This document shows positions 16,637 through 20,000 of a DNA stretch of 20,000 bases, piece by piece. Location of the stretch: the IMG/VR virus record IMGVR_UViG_3300025613_000003, one strand, 5' to 3'. Source of the DNA: an uncultured virus (IMG/VR IMGVR_UViG_3300025613_000003) (taxonomy: Duplodnaviria; Heunggongvirae; Uroviricota; Caudoviricetes). The position numbers and the translations under genes are program-made. The first letter of the stretch is position 1. Every line of letters begins with the position of its first letter. A model generated the notes under the pieces. That model was not told the origin of the DNA and did not search any database. It was given only the letters and a program-made list of their open reading frames with translations.

Positions 16637-17115
16637 TTGCGGCGGGTTCTGGACTGAGCGATTTGCTCAAAATTTTCGAGAATATTTTCCCGTCCGTGCT
16701 GATACAGTCGAGCCACGTCAAGGGCGGCGTCAAAGTATTCCGCATCGGTTTTGGAGCCAATCCCGACCGCGCCGAAATAGCGGTCCCCCATCCTGCCGCA
16801 GCAGGACAAGATCATTTTGTACTTTTTCGCCAATTCAAGAAGCTCACGACCGAATTGGGATTCGAGATCGGCTTGACCCGGTTCGGTTGATTGTGGTTTA
16901 GCCTCGGCTGGCGCACCGGATTCGGTTTCCGGCTTTACGTTAAAGGCTTTGACATGATCGAGAATGGAATCAGGGAGAACTTTTGACTGAACCAAATACT
17001 CGATATACTTGTAAGTGAAATCACATACATAATTTGAAACTACCCCATAAGGAGGAAACTCAGCATAATTATTAAAGAATTCCCGGACGTTTAAGACTTG
17101 GATTGGAGTTGTCAT
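16633..17115 (-). CDS. hypothetical protein (160 aa)
   Basis: ORF in the coupled - strand gene run. Confidence 0.65.
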   Translation of the reverse strand: MTTPIQVLNVREFFNNYAEFPPYGVVSNYVCDFTYKYIEYLVQSKVLPDSILDHVKAFNVKPETESGAPAEAKPQSTEPGQADLESQFGRELLELAKKYKMILSCCGRMGDRYFGAVGIGSKTDAEYFDAALDVARLYQHGRENILENFEQIAQSRTRRK

Positions 17116-17159
17116 TGGCTTATGATTATGAGGTTAGAGATGGATAGTCGTTGTTTGGA

Positions 17160-17498
17160 TCACAATTCTGAACTAGGAACATTAGCCCATGAACGTGCTA
17201 ATTCGGATGCTAAACGCATAATACGGTCGGACTCTTTGAGGTATTTTTGGGTAAGCTTTCTGTTTTTCGGAGTGTCATCAATAAGAAATTCGCTTAATCC
17301 ACTTGGAACGCAGCCCTTCTTTCCTTTAAGTTTCCCCTCCACGACAGTGAATGATGTATTGCGCCCCGTTTTATCCCCCACACCGTAATAGTCATCGGTT
17401 ATGGTAACTACGGTGCCGACAGGAAACATTCCCCCTTTCATTACCCGGTACTTTAGGATGTATGTTTTGATTGTTGGCGCTTGCTTCTGCTTGCTCAT
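17160..17498 (-). CDS. hypothetical protein
   Basis: ATG 17498 (MSKQK) avoids overlap with the upstream gene. Confidence 0.65.
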   Translation of the reverse strand: MSKQKQAPTIKTYILKYRVMKGGMFPVGTVVTITDDYYGVGDKTGRNTSFTVVEGKLKGKKGCVPSGLSEFLIDDTPKNRKLTQKYLKESDRIMRLASELARSWANVPSSEL

Positions 17499-17509
17499 GG
17501 CTGTATGAA

Positions 17510-17809
17510 TTATAGTATTCGCTTCCATTCTTTTTTGTCTTCAGCGTGAATAAGTCGTTTCTCTCCTTTTTTATTTACATACACAGAGCAGCCATGTTTG
17601 TCGTAACTAATGATGGCTTCACCATCTTGATCATATCCGATTTGTCCAAGTCCTAATTCAGGTTCTCTCAATTCGGTAATAGTAAATGTCATTCCCTTTG
17701 TAATAAGCGGCTTGGTTCCATCTGCATCTTCCCACATGGAATGATTGCCCATATACTCAACCACTGATCCAATCGGGAACGGTGGCGGCTTTAGCCTTCT
17801 TGTTTTCAT
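17510..17809 (-). CDS. hypothetical protein (99 aa)
   Basis: ORF in the - strand gene run. FPIGSVVEY start is SH3-barrel-like. Confidence 0.65.
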   Translation of the reverse strand: MKTRRLKPPPFPIGSVVEYMGNHSMWEDADGTKPLITKGMTFTITELREPELGLGQIGYDQDGEAIISYDKHGCSVYVNKKGEKRLIHAEDKKEWKRIL

Positions 17810-17843
17810 GCGTATAATTTTATCCGCAATGTAATCTGGACAA

Positions 17844-18131
17844 TCAGAAATTTATTGAAACGAAATCGTTCATCACCGGGTTGTATTTCCATACCGTGAA
17901 CCCATATTCATCCATCCATTGCTGCGGCGATTTTCCTTTGATGGTGCAGCTACCAATCCACTCAAAAACATCGTTATCAGAAACCTGCTCAACATCGTTA
18001 GACTTCTCGCTGATTACGTTGCAAAGTGCTTGGATCAACTTTATCCAATCAATAATTCCGGCATCGGTGAAGTAAAAGGGCTTTCCCTGATATACGGCAA
18101 TTCTAATGAAGGAGGTAGAGGGGGTGAACAT
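17844..18131 (-). CDS. hypothetical protein (95 aa)
   Basis: ORF in the - strand gene run. Confidence 0.6.
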   Translation of the reverse strand: MFTPSTSFIRIAVYQGKPFYFTDAGIIDWIKLIQALCNVISEKSNDVEQVSDNDVFEWIGSCTIKGKSPQQWMDEYGFTVWKYNPVMNDFVSINF

Positions 18132-18136
18132 GATTA

Positions 18137-18328
18137 TTAACTTTGGGAGGTCAATTCATACATCAACGTATTTTCGGTATCAACCAATTTCTTGGCGGTG
18201 CCAGCCTTTAACTGCCGGTTGATTTCGGAAAGGACTTTTTCGGTTTTAAGATTAGCACCATTGAGTGTGCTGGACCCCTTTCCACGATGAATAATTGCGA
18301 TTTGTTTCATAGCTACTTTTACCGCCAC
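18137..18328 (-). CDS. hypothetical protein (about 57-63 aa)
   Basis: ORF that fills the gap in the - strand gene run. Start uncertain. Confidence 0.5.
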   Translation of the reverse strand: MAVKVAMKQIAIIHRGKGSSTLNGANLKTEKVLSEINRQLKAGTAKKLVDTENTLMYELTSQS

Positions 18329-18358
18329 GGAACGTAAAAGGTTACGCCTTCCAGTGAA

Positions 18359-19186
18359 TTATTTCCCCCTCTTTTTAGCCAAAAAGGGGAAATAGCGCAG
18401 ATTGGTCGTGACGAGATCGCCGTCAACCATCTGCTTGCGCTCCTTTCCCTCAACAATGATCGTATTGGGCTGAATTGTTATGGACCTCACCGGTTCCTGG
18501 CTGAATTCATACCCAAGGCGTCTGAAAGCCTTTTTTACCGCCCCGGCAGCGCTTTTTTTACAGAACATGGCATCAACCCAAAAGAACATGAAGGCGTCCC
18601 CTATGGAGCTGGAAACCTCGTTCATGTGATCCCCGACCTGCTTGCAGATAATATCCCAAAGATGCTCAGTGAGTGGGCTGCAAATTTCCGGCCTCCTGAT
18701 CTCTTTCTTACCGTCAAACTCAATGACCGTTGTCTTTTTCGCAAGCGACCCCAGGGCAGCTAATCGCGACATTTTAGAAACAAAATTCCCCTTTTCAAAC
18801 AAGTCCTTTGGCAGTAGGCCGATTTGGTAAGCCGTATTCCAATACGCAGCCTTCAGATCGATTTCAACACAGTCGTTAAATGCGGAGCCTTCCCGTAGCA
18901 GTTTCCGGTTGTATTTGAAGTAAACAATGGATTGATGGAATCGCTTGCGATCCCTAGCCGGCGGGAAGTTTTGATAAAGGCCGTCTTTGATAATCCGGTC
19001 CTTCACGGATCGGATAAATGTTAGTTCATTGACGGGGAACTGGCTTTCACGATTTCGATATGATCCGTGTTTTGAGGAAATGCTAACGGATTGGTTCGTG
19101 ACCCGATATACAAACGGTATCCGATTCTTTTTCCAAGACCGGATCACGCCCAGGACCTTCTTGTGTGGTATGCGGACCTCTTTCAT
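18359..19186 (-). CDS. minimal family-B DNA polymerase-like protein, copy 2 (275 aa)
   Basis: CVEIDLKAAYW, KMSRLAALGSL and FFWVDAMF are colinear with 9483..10319. ATG 19186 overlaps the upstream stop (ATGA). Confidence 0.65.
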   Translation of the reverse strand: MKEVRIPHKKVLGVIRSWKKNRIPFVYRVTNQSVSISSKHGSYRNRESQFPVNELTFIRSVKDRIIKDGLYQNFPPARDRKRFHQSIVYFKYNRKLLREGSAFNDCVEIDLKAAYWNTAYQIGLLPKDLFEKGNFVSKMSRLAALGSLAKKTTVIEFDGKKEIRRPEICSPLTEHLWDIICKQVGDHMNEVSSSIGDAFMFFWVDAMFCKKSAAGAVKKAFRRLGYEFSQEPVRSITIQPNTIIVEGKERKQMVDGDLVTTNLRYFPFLAKKRGK

Positions 19187-19983
19187 TGTGCCGAAGAATA
19201 TCGAACGGAGTTGTTCTTGAAGTACCGATAAACGAACGGGGTACCGACACCACCACCCTTTATGGTGATCCAAAACTCGCTTGCCGCCGCCCTGATCTCC
19301 ATTTCGTGAGAGGATGAATACCTGGAGCCGTTGATAACGAAGAATTGATACGTACCCGATTTAAGGTCGTTGTCAAGTTGGGTAATGGCTTGCCAAATCG
19401 TGTAAGGGTTGGCAGGATCCTCGATATAACCGCTACGATCCGGGTCGGTATCTGGTTCGTATTCGTCAATATCAACGTCCTCCTGCTCCGGTGGATTACC
19501 GGATGCCCGATTAAGGCCGTCCAATTCAAATTCACGTTTCAGTTGTTGATAGCGTAACCGCTCGACCTCCTTCCAATCCTTGTTTTCCTCGGCCTTATCA
19601 ATCTTCTTTTTTACTTGTGCGATTTTAGATCGCACCTTTCTTTTCTCCTGGCGCACAACATCTGAAAACTTGATAATCGTATTCAGCCGTACACGCTTTT
19701 CCTTTAGGGACGTAATTAAATCCGAAGTAGAATCTCGATACTGGTTCAGCAGTTTCCGAGCCTTGCCCTTTTGGTATTTATTCGGAGCCTCGTCCACTTT
19801 CTTGCGAAGCCGATACTCCTTGGATCGTATGCGACTGATTTCTTTTTGAACTGAAGTCCTGACCTTTCGAGGCTGCTTGACCGGCTTATCGAAATATGAT
19901 TGCGCCTCCGCTACCTTTCGGATGATGGCGGCGCCGCTTGTGGATGACGGAGGCAATGACCGCCCCCTTTTCTTCTTAGCCAT
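19183..19983 (-). CDS. basic coiled-coil protein with acidic linker, coupled to mini-PolB copy 2
   Basis: K/R-rich N-terminal two-thirds, acidic EQEDVDIDEYEPDTD linker and aromatic C-terminal domain. ATGA coupling to the next gene. Confidence 0.75.
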   Translation of the reverse strand: MAKKKRGRSLPPSSTSGAAIIRKVAEAQSYFDKPVKQPRKVRTSVQKEISRIRSKEYRLRKKVDEAPNKYQKGKARKLLNQYRDSTSDLITSLKEKRVRLNTIIKFSDVVRQEKRKVRSKIAQVKKKIDKAEENKDWKEVERLRYQQLKREFELDGLNRASGNPPEQEDVDIDEYEPDTDPDRSGYIEDPANPYTIWQAITQLDNDLKSGTYQFFVINGSRYSSSHEMEIRAAASEFWITIKGGGVGTPFVYRYFKNNSVRYSSAQ

Positions 19984-20000
19984 GTTGAATAAGATTGAGT

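Noticed and set aside
19187..19273. Longer start (304 aa) for mini-PolB copy 2
   Set aside because: ATG 19186 gives ATGA coupling and a length matching the paralogue.

Overview
This window looks like part of a dsDNA phage or prophage genome. A Bacteroidota host is inferred from gene style only. It has two convergent arms that meet at 13396/13397. The + arm holds the end of a beta-helix tail-type gene, a membrane/lysis-like cluster (GH18-like secreted protein, TM-PAS protein, holin-like and spanin-like genes) and a very basic protein. It continues with an AT-rich island of three integron-like attC-bounded cassettes (hypothetical, MT-A70 adenine MTase, C5 cytosine MTase), then an ASCH-like gene, a minimal PolB-palm gene, replication-type genes and an HNH. 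The - arm holds a second basic protein coupled to a second minimal PolB-palm paralogue, several small ORFs, a 355-aa nuclease-less Nop/IS110-related protein and a 110-aa ORF. These are followed by a 16-unit array of ~36-nt dual-spacer repeats (14128-14722) and a tRNA(CAT). The best finding is the Nop-domain protein plus array, which matches a TIGR-Tas (TasA-type) RNA-guided system with AT-rich repeats and an unexplained insertion and accessory gene. Next are the duplicated 'basic protein + exonuclease-less mini-PolB' module and the integrase-less attC cassette array carrying methyltransferases. All family calls come from motif recognition by eye; no searches were run.
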